A DNA stretch of 63,412 bases from Paraspadella gotoi (GCA_051294375.1 CM119268.1:19872417-19935828); one strand, 5' to 3'; counted from the first letter of the stretch, positions 37,525 through 51,259 are shown. The notes: generated by a model not told the origin, from the letters alone. Numbers and translations: made by a program.

Positions 37525-39048
37525 TTATGAAACTAACTGAATAAAATCTTTTTTTGTTTCGGCATTCGGAAAAACCTCTCTCGATTCCATCCCTGCGCGT
37601 AAATAGTGACCGGCTATTTTGCCACAAACATCAGTTAAGTCTCCAATGATTCGCTCCACTGACTTATTGTGATTTGGAAACAATGGAGGTTCAAATTTTT
37701 TCATGATCAAATTTTTCAATTAGACTATTTTGAGATCGCACGTTAGAACTGATTCATAAACAGTTTTCTTCCAATCAATTAACTCGGCAATATTTTTTGC
37801 GTTGAGGTTTAAAGTGGGAGGGAGGAATTTCCGTACAGATTTGTCACCAACGTCAGTACCTTTTCGAAGTTCCAGAATTTTAGAGACAGCAAAAGTGCGG
37901 AGCTTTGAATCTTCGTCACACAACAGACTGGCAAGTAGATTCTCTGGATGCGCATTCCAAGACTTGATGGAGGGAGCAACAATGCTTTTCGTATCATGAG
38001 GGAGAAGTTGGAGACGCTGTATTTGAAAAAGCGTATGATTGGCTGCATCCGCGATGAATGGTCGATATTTTATCATAAACCAGGACGGAACATAATGAGC
38101 GACTACATAAAATACAAGTTTGTATAGATTGGCTTTTATTTTCCCTCGGAACGAATGTTTAGTAAGGTAAAGTCTCCCCAAGTGAGCCAACGTGAGTGCG
38201 AAATTGGACCAGGCTTAAGTGTTTTTGATTGAAGCTTAATTTCTCCGCATTGAATAGATTCAGCGATTAAGAAGATATATTTCTGGTCGGACGATAGATC
38301 TGACAGAATGTTATCTTCTAATTGAGAAAGGCGAGGAACGTCAGCAATAGGAAAGAAATTTTCGTCCCAGTCCAGACTTTCTACTTTTGGCAGCGATTTT
38401 CCGATGGGACCCTTGAAGGAGTTATTTCCAGTGGTCGGTCCATCAACAGATTGAAAGAGATGACGGAGCCCTAACTTATTTGTATGAAGAGCGCAGATGG
38501 ACCAATGCACTTTCTCGCCTCGTCTTTCCTCAATTTTTGTAATTATTCAGCCCTTCGCGCCAGTATTCAGCGGCGTAGAGTCAGCTCCAATTACTTTTAA
38601 ATCGTCAGTCAAATAGTTTTTTTTCTAAATATTCCATGATGCCATCCGTATTTGGTCCCGCAGCTTTACCCGTAGGCGTTACGTGGGAAAGAAATTTTCC
38701 ATCTGGCTGAGAAACTAAAACAATATGTTCCTTTTTCTCTTTTTTTGTCGACAAACGCCATTTTCTTTCGTAACTTCCAAAGTTTCGATTTCCTTTCCAT
38801 CGAAGAAAATCGCTTCGATCACATCCTCTCTTATTCGCTGCGCCTCCTTCTCTCCTTATTCTTTCCGGATTTTTTTTTCTCATGGCGGATGCGTTGGCGA
38901 TCGATAATGCAGGAGAGGTCATCAGAAGTCACGATGCCAAAGTCGATGAGGACAGCAGTGGCGATCGCGACGGTCAAACGATCTGACGCACCACTCCGCA
39001 TCGCCTCGCGCGCAGTCGTTGGAAGAGGAGGGATTCCGTATGAGTCTC
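37525..39048 (-). pseudogene. Fragmented DDE transposase of the hATm-like (divergent hAT-related) type
   Basis: Across frames: 'GASDRLTVAIATAVLIDFG', 'IFFDGK', 'KEHIVLVSQP', 'IGADSTPLNTG', 'WSICALHTN.LGLRHL', 'DLSSDQKY', 'PGPISHSRWL', 'AHPENLL', 'FPNHNKSVER'. Several frameshifts and stops; putative acceptor (ttttag) at ~39049. Confidence 0.75.
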
Positions 39049-39331
39049 CTAAAATGAGTTATTATAACAAAATTTAAATTTAATTTCATTTAACTTTTTA
39101 ATTTATCTCTACTTTTTGTTTGCAGATTAGTTATGCACTACTTTTAGTTTTAAGTCTATAAAAACTACTTTCTTATTTACATTCATAATACTATGTACCT
39201 ACTTTGTATAAGAAAACTCTTCATTGAAAGCTTGCAGGGACCTGCAAGAGTGATGGAGGCCTTAAACCACCTAAGCCTATCCAAAATCAGTGGCAAGATA
39301 GCTTATTTTATTGGTTGTACCATAGTTGTAC

Positions 39332-39487
39332 CCAGGGATGTGAAGTCGGAGCCGGAGGCGGAGCTGGAGCCGCCGGAGCTGAGCTTTTTTTGCCGGAGCC
39401 GGAGCTGGAGCCGGAGCCAGATTTTTTATCTGGCCGGAGCCGGAGCTGGAGCCGGAGACGAAATAAAAATGCCCGGCTCCAGCTCCA
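39332..39487 (+). repeat. MITE end with (GGAGCC/GGAGCT)n subterminal repeats
   Basis: CAGGGATGTGAAGTCGGAGCCGG... hAT-like terminus; the partner end was not found. Confidence 0.45.
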
Positions 39488-39759
39488 TAAAAATAAAATA
39501 AGATTATAATTATTAAATTTAAAAAAATATTTAAAAAAATATAATACTGATTTTTGAATTTATATAATATCATATATTTATTATACATAAGATTAAGTAA
39601 ATAATAATAATATTTTTTTATTTTTAATCTATTAATTTTTTTATAAATACTTTCAATTTTTTATGAAGTAAAATTTATCCCCGAATATGCTTTGGCTTAC
39701 TTAATACAGCAACCATTTGCAGACTGATTAAAGGCAAAGCTTTTCAATAATATATTTTA

Positions 39760-39823
<64 letters not shown>

Positions 39824-39939
39824 TTATTTTGCTTACTAATTTTTTTTCTATTATATGCTTGTAATTTTTGTTACATATGGTTGAAACATATATCATTTAA
39901 AAGATAAAAAACTAAATTACTTTTTATTTAGGAATTGTT

Positions 39940-40193
39940 TATTGTTTGCCAATACAACGATTTTTATTGTCATAGTACATGTTTCGACTCCTGTTGATTC
40001 GAGTCTTCATCAGCTTTGAAAAAACATTATCAAAAATGCTCTAACATTAAGTTAGAGAGAGAGAGAGAGAGAGAGTGAGAGAGATTGAGGGAGAGTTTCC
40101 AACAAAGGGCTGAGTAAAGGACAGTGGCCAGATAGAGGACAGGTGAAGGTAAGAAAGAGAAGAAGATAATTTTGAAAATGGTGAAAAGTGAAA

Positions 40194-40249
<56 letters not shown>

Positions 40250-40842
40250 ATTACATTTGACAATGTACAACAAAGATAAATTTAGAAAAACTTAGAAATA
40301 AGCTGAGATTTTGAATTAACAAAAGTTAAATAAGTAATAATGATGAAATTGAAATGGAGGAATAGGTGGTGAGGGATAGATAAGTTAATAGTTAAGTGAA
40401 TATATAAGAGAAGAAAGAGCTCAAAATGAGCTGCCCCCCCCGGGTGGACAAAGGTGGGACGTCTGACGATATGATCGGGTCATTGGCTTGTCATAGACTG
40501 AGATGATATTCTTGTAGAGTGGGATATCATGGGTCAGGTAAAGACCCGGCTGGGAAAATACCAAGTGCCACTCTAATATCTCTTTGGCCTGATAAGCCTG
40601 CCGAAGGCCCTCCTCTCACCTGACGGTGAGGTGGGCGGTTGGCCTGTTCTTGCCTGTTTTACTCAGCCCTTTGTTGGAAACTCTCCCTAAAATCTCTCTC
40701 ACTCTCTCTTTCTCCTCTAACTTAATGTGTAGAGCATTTTTGATAATGTTTTTTCAAAGCTGATGAAGACTGCCAATCAACAGAGTCGAAACATGTACTA
40801 TGACAATAAAATCGTTGTATTGGCAAACAAACAATTCCTAAT
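39940..40842 (-). mobile_element. Non-coding Penelope-like 3' fragment with inverted pLTR; hammerheads at 39976-40013 (-) and 40760-40797 (+)
   Basis: 40410-40660 is similar to the PLE 3' end at 51720-51970. 39940-40115 is inverted against 40660-40842. CTGATGA..GAAACATGT cores. Confidence 0.7.
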
Positions 40843-41882
40843 ATTCCTTAGCAACGAAAAGAGAGAAAATAATACAATTTGTACTTTTTATTTATAACTT
40901 TTTAATTAATGAATCCAAAATTATACTATAAAAGTTATCATATTAGTTTACTTCTTTCATAGTATTCTGTCAATCTTTTTATATTAAGGTCGGACTAAGT
41001 GATAGACAAAAAGCATAGGCCAAGTTCAGGGTTTGAAAAGCGACTGGCCAGGAATAATGGGGATATAATAAGCATTCCCATTCACCCTGAATAAACCCCA
41101 ATAAAAACCCTAATCCTAATTAATTTATCTTATTTACGATCTTACATCATTTACAGCAGGCCATTTTTTTAGCCCTAACCCTAACCTTTTTAACCCTACA
41201 AGGTGACACACAACAGCCCGCCGCTAAAAAAAAATTGTCATTTTCAAATTTGTAAACAATTTTTTAATCTTAAAACTTTTTTTCTGTAATAAAAAGCTAA
41301 ATCATTTATATATCCAAATTTTATATTGATTGGTTTTGATTTGACTTGGCACTGAGCGGAGAATAGTTGCCTTCAAAATGATGTTTCATTTTAAAACTTT
41401 TTTTCTTCAATCTGTTTGTCTAACTTTTTAACTATTTTTTTACAAAACTTTATATAAAAAGGTATTAATATTAATATCTTCTGAAAGCTCTTGAAAAGAT
41501 TGGCATAATTAAAAATACTGTAATATTAAAATTAGCCTATCTAGCTTTAAGATAATTATTAAATAAAAAATTCTTAAAGAGCAGTTTTTTTAATAATTAT
41601 TAAATTATTGTTAGCTATTTTAATTTAGTTTTTCTTAAGCTTTTTTATGATACCTATATAAACAATAATTGGTAAGATCATTATAGTAAAAATAGGTCAG
41701 ATATTTAAAAAAAATATATTTTAGTATTTTATTATTTTAATTTGGATTATCTTGATTAAACTAAAGATGGTTAAGCTTATTTTCATGTTACAATATTCTT
41801 AAATATACCATTTTCTTCAAATTTTCAAGAGCTTTCAGAAGATTTTAATATTGATACCTTTTTATATAAAAGTTCTTATTTG

Positions 41883-42119
41883 GAGAGAAAACAAAAATTT
41901 GTTATCTGATAACAATGATTTTGTTTTTATTTAAATCAGACATGTTTCGACTCTAGGAGTCTTCATCAGCATTTAAATTCACAAACGTTTCATTTTTTTA
42001 ATATTGAGTTTGCCAATTTAAATTCTGATGAAGACTCAAAAGTTATTGAGTCGAAACATGTCCGATTTAAATAAAAACAAAATTATTGTTGTCAAATAAT
42101 GAATTTTCGTTTTCTCTCT
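41883..42119. mobile_element. Mini fold-back unit made of two inverted minimal hammerhead ribozymes (41939-41969 -, 42025-42062 +)
   Basis: Both arms read tttaaat-CTGATGAAGACTC..GAGTCGAAACATGTC-(c/t)gatttaaataaaaacaaaat. Confidence 0.7.
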
Positions 42120-42163
42120 AAATAATTTAAAAAAAAAAAAGCAATAAAAGAAAGGATTAATAC

Positions 42164-42640
42164 TATGGCGGACTAAAACCCACCAACCGTTCATCAGCGG
42201 CCATTGGTGCCGGAGGCAAGTCATTCGCCTCCCAACCCAAAGGTCCGGGGTTCTAGCCCGGTGGTCGTCTGGCAGTTAAGAGGGACGGGGCGCTTAACCC
42301 GCCTGTAACATGGTGTTACAGCCTGATCCGAAGCTCAGGGACTGCTTATATTGAACGGTTCTATCACTAACTCATAATAATAATTACTGTCTCATCATTC
42401 CGAACACAACAGCAACACTTTCAGGCGACATGCCTCAACCTGGCGATGCACTTTCCACCCACAACACAACAGGCGACATGCTTCGTCAGTAACCACGGCA
42501 AAAGCAATGACGACGATGAGAATAATGATTGACTTGATTGATTGACTATTTGATTAATTAACAGCCTGATCCGAAGCTCAGGGACTGCTTATATTAAACG
42601 GTTCTGTCTCTAACTCAAAACAATAATTACTGTCTCTTCA
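42164..42640 (+). mobile_element. Second locus of the TRIM family: LTR 42164-42397, partial internal region with PBS deleted, partial 3' LTR 42561-42640
   Basis: Reverse-complement match to 2926-3574, including the internal motif aggcgacatgcctcaacctggcga. Further LTR-end fragments occur at ~13022-13070 and ~14913-14963. Confidence 0.8.
42272..42345 (+). ncRNA. Best-preserved putative type-P5 twister ribozyme; predicted cleavage between U42295 and A42296
   Basis: P5 GCAGU/ACUGC; L1 GA-CGG; U-A-A; T2 GC; P3 CUGUAAC/GUUACAG; P4 CCUGA/UCAGG; 8-nt L4 U-CCG-AA-GC, with CCG complementary to CGG (T1). Confidence 0.7.
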
Positions 42641-44460
42641 CATTATCAATTAGTGAAACAGGTTTTTTGTTTTTTTCCATTTAAACTCATTTCCACTCGA
42701 ACTATTCCATCGAAACTTGATTTCCTGTTCAATCACACACTTTCCTACCCACATAAAAAATTTCAGGTCAATCGCCCCATCCACTCATAAGCACAAGAAT
42801 TCATGATTGCTTTTGTGATTCACTCCGTCTTTGTCATAGTTATTATCTTTGTTTGTTTGTCTTAAAAAAGACAACAAAGTTGAAACAAGTTTAAGCAAAC
42901 CATGTCGGATCTGTCTGCGAAAATTAAATAAGTGTGATGGAGGCCTTAAACCACCAAAGCCTGTCCAAAGTCAGGGACAAGATAGCTTATTTATTAAATG
43001 AATGGATAATTTTTATATTGGTTGTACCAATTTCATAATTAATTAATAGATTAATTAATTAATTAATTTTAATATTTAATAATTAATTATAAATTTATAT
43101 ACAGCTTATCATCATCGATGTCCTTAAAATTGGGTCAGGACAGTTATTAAATATGTTTTGTTTACATTTTATCAAAACAAACAAATATCCTCTATTTTAT
43201 GTCTCCTTTTCTTTCTCTCTCTCTCTCTCTTTTTATGCAATTGCGACGATCTTTATGCTTTTAAGATTTTTTTAACTTGCATCATTTTTTCAACTTGCAT
43301 AATTTTTTTTAAATTGCATCATTTTTTCATATTAAGTCGCAGAGACAGATCACGCTTAATTTCATGTGCACGAAAAAAAAATATCGGTCATTGAATTTAC
43401 TTTGTCTGACCATTTGTACTAACAAGCCATCCCTTCCCTACAGTTATGCTGGACAAATACATGCAAAATATGATTTTTTTTTTATTTTTTTCAAAAGTAA
43501 AAATTAATTTATTAAAATTCAACAAAAACAAAAGACACTACCGTTTAAAATGGACTCATGAATAAAATATTATGAACTAATTCATATGAAACTATAAAAT
43601 ACAACGTTCAAGAACGTTCAAAATTCAAATTTATATATTTTTTCATAAGAAACTATAAAAAATAACATTCAAGAACGTTCAAAGAGCTAATGTAAAAATC
43701 ATAAAACCGTAAAAAGTAAAAAACGTAAAATGTCAAATATCAGAGAAGCAATAGTTTTTATTTTAAATTTATAATTATAATGTGTTAAAATATATTTTTT
43801 TAAGAAACGTTTAAAAAACGTTAACGAGATAAAGTGTCTAGATTTTGAAATGATAAAAATCTTTAAAAACATTAAAAACAAAAACATTATATAAAAAGGT
43901 AAAGAAAACAAAACATTAGAAAAACGTTAAAATTGTAAAACAAAACGTTTTAAAACATTATAAGTGTATAATGCACATAAAGTGTAAAATATATGCCCAA
44001 AAATAATGTATAATGTATAATTGTAATAATAAAATAATGTATGAGTATAATTTGTTAGAGTAAAGGGCAGAGGGGACCACGTCTCTAATAATTAATAATA
44101 GAAATAAAAAACTACCGTCACAAATCAAACACATATTCAAAAGGATGCAAATAAAACAAAAGGAGACGCTAATAAAAACAAAGATGCTAATGAAAACAAA
44201 AAGAAACGCTAAAACAAAATTAAGACACTAATAATAAACAAAAAACTACTTCACGAAAATGCAAGAGCAAGAATAATCCCTACATCAACATCAAATAGAA
44301 ATACTATATCATGTTATAAACCGATAACAGACACTACTACATAAAATTATTTACATGTGGTCCCTTAATACCCAATACCAGATACCCTCATTGATTAAAC
44401 AAGTTCCAATAACCAATTCTAACTTGTTTAATTAAGTTTCCCCACTCCATAGTCCCATCT

Positions 44461-44895
44461 TCATTTAATACACACCCATACATTACCAATAAAATTCGTT
44501 TTTTGAAACTTTCCCAATCTGCCACTTAATTTGGCAACCCAATAGTCTGTTCTATATCTTTTCTCAAATGAACAACAAATATTTTTCCAAAGTCTTTCAA
44601 CGCCCATCTCAACATGCCTAATCCTCTCTGCTCTCATCTTGAATATAACAGATCTTAGAGTAAAACCTAATTTATTTCTTAACCTTACCTTAAGCCTTGT
44701 TAAACCTAAACTCATTTCTCGGTTATCAACTCTCTTATCATCAAATTTTAAAAGTGTCATACTCAACTTCTCCCAGAGTCTTACAACCACTTCGCACTGA
44801 GTCAAAATATGCCATCGCTCACGTGCTACAACACCACAAAGCTCACAAATACCATCACTCTTTCCTACATATGCGTAATCCTATATGCTGTCCAA
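44461..44895 (-). mobile_element. 5'-truncated L1/Tx1-like LINE, ORF2 C-terminus
   Basis: In-frame 'GICELCGVVARERWHILTQCEVVVRLW' (CX2CX8HX4C knuckle) followed by ~110 open codons. Confidence 0.6.
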
Positions 44896-47064
44896 AAATT
44901 TAAACTTACCTGTCGCCATATAGAAGACCTGACATAGTAAAGAGGTATCAGAGTACATAATTGCACCCCCAGATGGCCCTCCTCATTAATTAAACTAATT
45001 CCAAGTACTCTTTCCCATTTATCTTCATAATGTCTTCATAATGATTTGGCTAGAATGATACAGTAAAAATACAGTGTAAAAGTTTAAATTTGGACTAGAT
45101 ACTTTGTTTCTCTGAATTCTTAAACCATAAGCCATAAACGAGTTAGACGATGGGTTCAACTGAAAGTGATATGTCTCTAAATGATAAAAAAATTTTCTTT
45201 AGTTTTTATTTTGAAATTTAGGTATTATAAAATAGGATAAATTGAGATACTCCCGCTTTGCCGAATTTTTATTTAACAAAGATTTGTACTGCGTAGTTCA
45301 AATCTTTAGTCCTCCGATGTAAAAAAAGTTATTTTTTTGCAATACTTTTGAAAGAAATGAGATAGGATGGTGGGCGAGGTATCAAATTAAAGGCCTAATC
45401 ATGGGGCATCTTTCTGAACTAGTTTCTATAAATTTTATCGAAAAATGTTAAGACAGAATTTGTTTAAAACCTAGTTAAAAGTATAAACAGTTTTCGGAGT
45501 TATAAAATTTTAATGAAGGAAATTAATTTTTTTTAATATTCTTTTGCATTTGTAAAAAGGAAAGACTGAATTACATTTTGATTACAATAAAGCTCATTTA
45601 CTCCATAAATTTGCATGTATTTTTGGTTAAAGTAAAAAACAAGCAAAAATACATATAGTAGCATGATAAAATATTATTTTAATATGTAAATTATAAATTA
45701 AAAGTTATTTTCAGTTTAATATAAACAGTTTGGTTGTCTACCTTTTTGTCTGTGAAAAAAAATAATCATTTTTCATTATTTTTTAACTGGAAACAAAAAG
45801 CTTGACCCACTGCTTGTTTATCATATTACAATTTTAAATAGATACAAATACAACATGTATTTTTTAAATTGTATTTATTTTAAGCTTTTATAATTTCTTT
45901 TTATATAAAACATCTAATATTCTCAATTTGAGCAAAGCTTTACTTCTTTAAAGATTTGGAAAAAATATTAGACTTGAACCAATGGTCATTCAGATTTTAG
46001 TTTTGCATAAAAAATCAAGATATCAAAACAAAAAAAATCAGATTGTTCTAAAATCGAATGCCTTGAATCTGATTTTTTTCAAAATGCAAAATTTTGGTTC
46101 ATCATCTAGATCTAAAATTCTGAACACAAAATGTTTTTTTCGAAAATTGAATTATTCTATCCTCTTCAATAATTAAAAATTAATTAAGCATATTATTCTT
46201 GCAAATTAAGCAGCCAAATTTATCATGCATATTGGCAAAAGATTGCCCTTTTGAAAAATCTATTTGAAAATCTTTGCTGTTGATGATGATGGTCTATTAC
46301 AATGAACAAGTTCAAATATAGATAAAAAGAAAAAAATTATTTTGTAATTCTAGTATCATAATTCATTTGCATATTTTGTACTATTACCAGAATAAAAAAT
46401 TATTTACTAATGGGTCTGAAATATTGCTCTTTTTCTGTAGATAATAATATCTATTGTTAAAGCTCATTATGTATATTCGTAAGGCAACCAAGGCTCTTAA
46501 CATAACGCTACTTACAATTCTTTAAGCATTTTTTGGACTTTTTGTCAGATTTCTTCTTTTCCTGACCCTATTGCCCTTCTTGTGGGCGGTTGACACTCAT
46601 GGAGACAGTACCTTAGGTCTCCGAGTACCAAACAACAACTATGGCTAAAAGATTATGAATCAAATATGGCGACGAGGGAAATAAAAAGGATCATAAGTAG
46701 GGTGGGAAGCAAATTAAGCGTGATCTGTCTTTGCGTCTTAATTAATTTAGGAGAAAAAAAATCTAAAAAGCAATAGGGATCGAGCCTACTTTTGATGATA
46801 ATCAAATATTGATGCGATAACCAAATTTGATGCGATTAAACCGAAGGATTGAATGCGATGATAACCAAATGATGGATGCGATGATAACCAAATGATGGAT
46901 GCGATGATAATCATTCATTATGGATGATAATCATTCATTGATGCGATGATAATCATTCATTGATGCGATGATATCTTCATTGATTCGATTGATTGTCTAA
47001 TGATCGATGATATCATACATATCATTGATGCGAAGATAGTCATTCATTGACGTGATGAGTTAAT

Positions 47065-47099
<35 letters not shown>

Positions 47100-47539
47100 A
47101 GAGAGAATAATAAATTAATAAATAAAGTTTTCAGAAGGAAAAAATAAAAATCCACGAATCTTAGAAATAAATTTGTGATTTTGTATTAAGAAAAAGTTGC
47201 GTGATAAAAATAAAATTGTTTATTAGAGTGTGTGATTAAGCATCAATTAACTTTCTATTTTTTTTTCAATTGAAATAAGATTGAAGTCTTTTGTTCATCT
47301 AGTTCAAAAATGAGGTTGAAAACCTTATTTTTTGCATATTATTGAAAAATGAATGAGATTGATATTGATTGTATGAAATGAAAACTCGTCGCTATGAAGC
47401 TAAACAATTTTCAATAATAACGGTCAAAAAATTATAATCTCTATTAACAAAATATATAGTTGACAATAATCAGTTAACGACTATGATATTTTTGACTTCC
47501 ATATATTTTTTTTACTTATTCAATTAGGAAAAACAGTTT

Positions 47540-47779
47540 TAATGTGGCAACGAATTTTATTGACAAGTAAGTCGGACATGTTCCGACTCTTATAGAGTTA
47601 GAGTCTTCATCAGCAAGTGATTTTTCACAACAATTGTCTCTGTGAAAGTTGAGTTTGGTGAGAGAGAGAGAGACAGAGAGAGAGGGAGATTCCAACAAAG
47701 AATTGAGTGAGAAAGTGGTCAGATGTGAGGACAGTTCAAGGTAAGGACAGGGGAAGTAGAAAGTAAGATTGTGAAAATG

Positions 47780-47814
<35 letters not shown>

Positions 47815-48493
47815 ACAATTGAAATTAATACATTTAGTAATGTACAACAGAGAAAATAAGAATAAAATAAGTAAACTTAAAGATTAACTAAGTAAACTAC
47901 TATTAACAACAATGAAAATAAATTGTAAAATGAAGTGAAATTGAAATGGAAGAATAAGTGGTTAGGATAGGTAAGTAAAGAGTTAGTGAAAGTAAGTAAA
48001 AGAAAGAGCTCAAAAATGAGCTGGCCCCCCCCGGCCGGGCAAATGGAGGACGTTGACGATAAGATCGGGTCATTGGCCTGTCATAGGTTGAGAGGATATA
48101 TTTGTAGAGCGTGACATTCTGGGTCTGGTAAGGTTCCACTGGGAAAAATGCCAAGTGCCACTCGTATATCTTCTTTGGCCTGATAAGCCTGCCGACGGCC
48201 CTCCTCTCACCTGACGGTGAGGCAGGTTGCCTGTTCTTGCTGTTTGGGCGACGCTCGGTGCGAGGAGAGTCGTACCGAGTTGCTACAGGCTCGAGAGAGG
48301 TATCGGACATCCATTGCCTGCTGAGAGGCCTCCGCCTGGCCCGTTGAGTAGGGACAGGGGAATCATTGTGCGGTTGGGGTGGCTCTGGGCGTCCACCACC
48401 ATTTTGATAAGCGAATCATAGCTTGGAGGGAGTTCGAATCGTCCTCCATCACGGTTCAGAGAGGGCTCGAGGGCCTTTGACTGTCAAAATTGC
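47540..48493 (-). mobile_element. Duplicate of the PLE 3' part, ending at a gap
   Basis: Near-identical to 51260-52215; hammerhead-like motif at 47575-47613. Confidence 0.8.
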
Positions 48494-50796
48494 NNNNNNN
48501 NNNNNNNNNNNNNNNNNNCGTAATCCATATATGCTGTCCAAAAATTTAAACTTACCTGTCGCCATATAGAAGACCTGACATAGTAAGAGGTATCAGAGTA
48601 CATAATTGCACCCCAGATGGCCCTCCACTCATTAATTAAACTAATTCCAAGTACTCTTTCCCATTTATCTTCATAATGTCTTCATAATGATTTGGCTAGA
48701 ATGATACAGTAAAATACAGTGTAAAAGTTTAAATTTGGACTAGATACTTTGTTTCTCTGAATTCTTAAACCATAAGCCATAAACGAGTTAGACGATGGGT
48801 TCAACTGAAAGTGATATGTCTCTAAATGATAAAAAAATTTTCTTTAGTTTTTATTTTGAAATTTAGGTATTATACAAATAGGATAAATTGAGATACTCCC
48901 GCTTTGCCGAAATTTTTATTTAACAAAGATTTGTACTGCGTAGTTCAAATCTTTAGTCCTCCGATGATAAAAAAAGTTATTTTTTTGCATAACTTTTGAA
49001 AGAAATGAGATAGGATGGTGGGCGAGGTATCAAATTAAAGGCCTAATCATGGGGCATCTTTCTGAACTAGTTTCTATAAATTTTATCGAAAAATGTTAAG
49101 ACAGAATTTGTTTAAAACCTAGTTAAAAGTATAACAGTTTTCGGAGTTAAAAATTTTAATGAAGGAAATTAATTTTTTTAATATTCTTTTGCATTTGTAA
49201 AAAGGAAAGACTGAATTACATTTTGATTACCANNNNNNNNNNNNNNNNNNNNNNNNNNNNNNNNNNNNNNNNNNNNNNNNNNNNNNNNNNNNNNNNNNNN
49301 NNNNNNNNNNNNNNNNNNNNNNNNNNNNNNNNNNNNNNNNNNNNNNNNNNNNNNNNNNNNNNNNNNNNNNNNNNNNNNNNNNNNNNNNNNNNNNNNNNNN
49401 NNNNNNNNNNNNNNNNNNNNNNNNNNNNNNNNNNNNNNNNNNNNNNNNNNNNNNNNNNNNNNNNNNNNNNNNNNNNNNNNNNNNNNNNNNNNNNNNNNNN
49501 NNNNNNNNNNNNNNNNNNNNNNNNNNNNNNNNNNNNNNNNTTATCATATTACAATTTTAAATAGATACAAATACAAACATGTATTTTTTAAATTGTATTT
49601 TATTTTAAGCTTTTATAATTTCTTTTTATATAAAACATCTAATATTCTCAATTTGAGCAAAGCTTTACTTCTTAAAGTTGCGAAAAAAATATTAAGAGAC
49701 TTGACCAATGGTCATTCAGAATTTTTTAGTTTGCATAAAAATCAAGAATCAAAAAACAAAAAAAATCAGATTGTTCTAAAATCGAATGCCTTGAATCTGA
49801 TTTTTTTCAAAATGCAAAATTTTGGTTCATCATCTAGATCTAAAATTCTGAACACAAAATGTTTTTTTCGAAAATTGAATTATTCTATCCTCTTCAATAA
49901 TTAAAAATTAATTAAGCATATTATTCTTGCAAATTAAGCAGCCAAATTTATCATGCATATTGGCAAAAGATTGCCCTTTTGAAAAATCTATTTGAAAATC
50001 TTTGCTGTTGATGATGATGGTCTATTACAATGAACAAGTTCAAATATAGATAAAAAGAAAAAATTATTTTGTAATTCTAGTATCATAATTCATTTGCATA
50101 TTTTGTACTATTACCAGATAAAAAATTATTTACTAATGGGTCTGAAATATTGCTCTTTTTCTGTAGATAATGAATATCTATTGTTAAAGCTCATTATGTA
50201 TATTCGTAAGGCAACCAAGGCTCTTAACATAACGCTACTACAATTCTTTAAGCATTTTTCTGGACTTTTTGTCAGATTTCTTCTTTTCCTGACCCTATTG
50301 CCCTTCTTGTGGGCGGTTGACACTCATGGAGACAGTACCTTAGGTCTCCGAGTACCAAACAACAACTATGGCTAAAAGATTATGAATCAAATATGGCGAC
50401 GAGGGAAATAAAAAGGATCATAAGTAGGGTGGGAAGCAAATTAAGCGTGATCTGTCTTTGCGTCTTAATTAATTTAGGAGAAAAAAAATCTTAAAAGCAA
50501 TAGGGATCGAGCCTACTTTTGATGATAATCAAATATTGATGCGATAACCAAATATTGATGCGATTATAACCGAAGGATTGATGCGATGATAACCAAATGA
50601 TGGATGCGATGATAACCAAATGATGGATGCGATGATAATCATTCATTGATGCGATGATAATCATTCATTGATGCGATGATAATCATTCATTGATGCGATG
50701 ATAGTCCTTCATTGATCGGATGATAATCATTCATTGATGCGATGATATTCATTCATTGATGCGAAGATAGTCATTCATTGACGTGATGAGTTAATT

Positions 50797-50828
<32 letters not shown>

Positions 50829-51259
50829 AGAGAGAATAATAAATTAATAATAAAAGTTTTCAGAAGGAAAAAAATAAAAATCCACGAAAATCTTAGAAAT
50901 AAATTTGTGATTTTGTATTAAGAAAAAAGTGGCGTGATAAAAATAAAATTGTTTATTAGAGTGTGTGATTAAGCATCAATTAACTTTCTATTTTTTTTTC
51001 AATTGAAATAAGATTGAAGTCTTTTGTTCATCTAGTTCAAAATGAGGTTGAAAACCTTATTTTTTTGCATATTATTGAAAATGAATGAGATTGATATTGA
51101 TTGTATGAAATGAAAACTCGTCGCTATGAAGCTAAACAATTTTCAATAATAACGGTCAAAAAATTATAATCTCTATTAACAAAATATATAGTTGACAATA
51201 ATCAGTTAACGACTATGATATTTTTGACTTCCATATATTTTTTTTACTTATTCAATTAG

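Noticed and set aside
42197-42268. Functional tRNA gene
   Set aside because: D-arm and anticodon stem are mispaired, and the segment is embedded in an LTR.
49223-49564. Poly-X ORFs
   Set aside because: Assembly gap.
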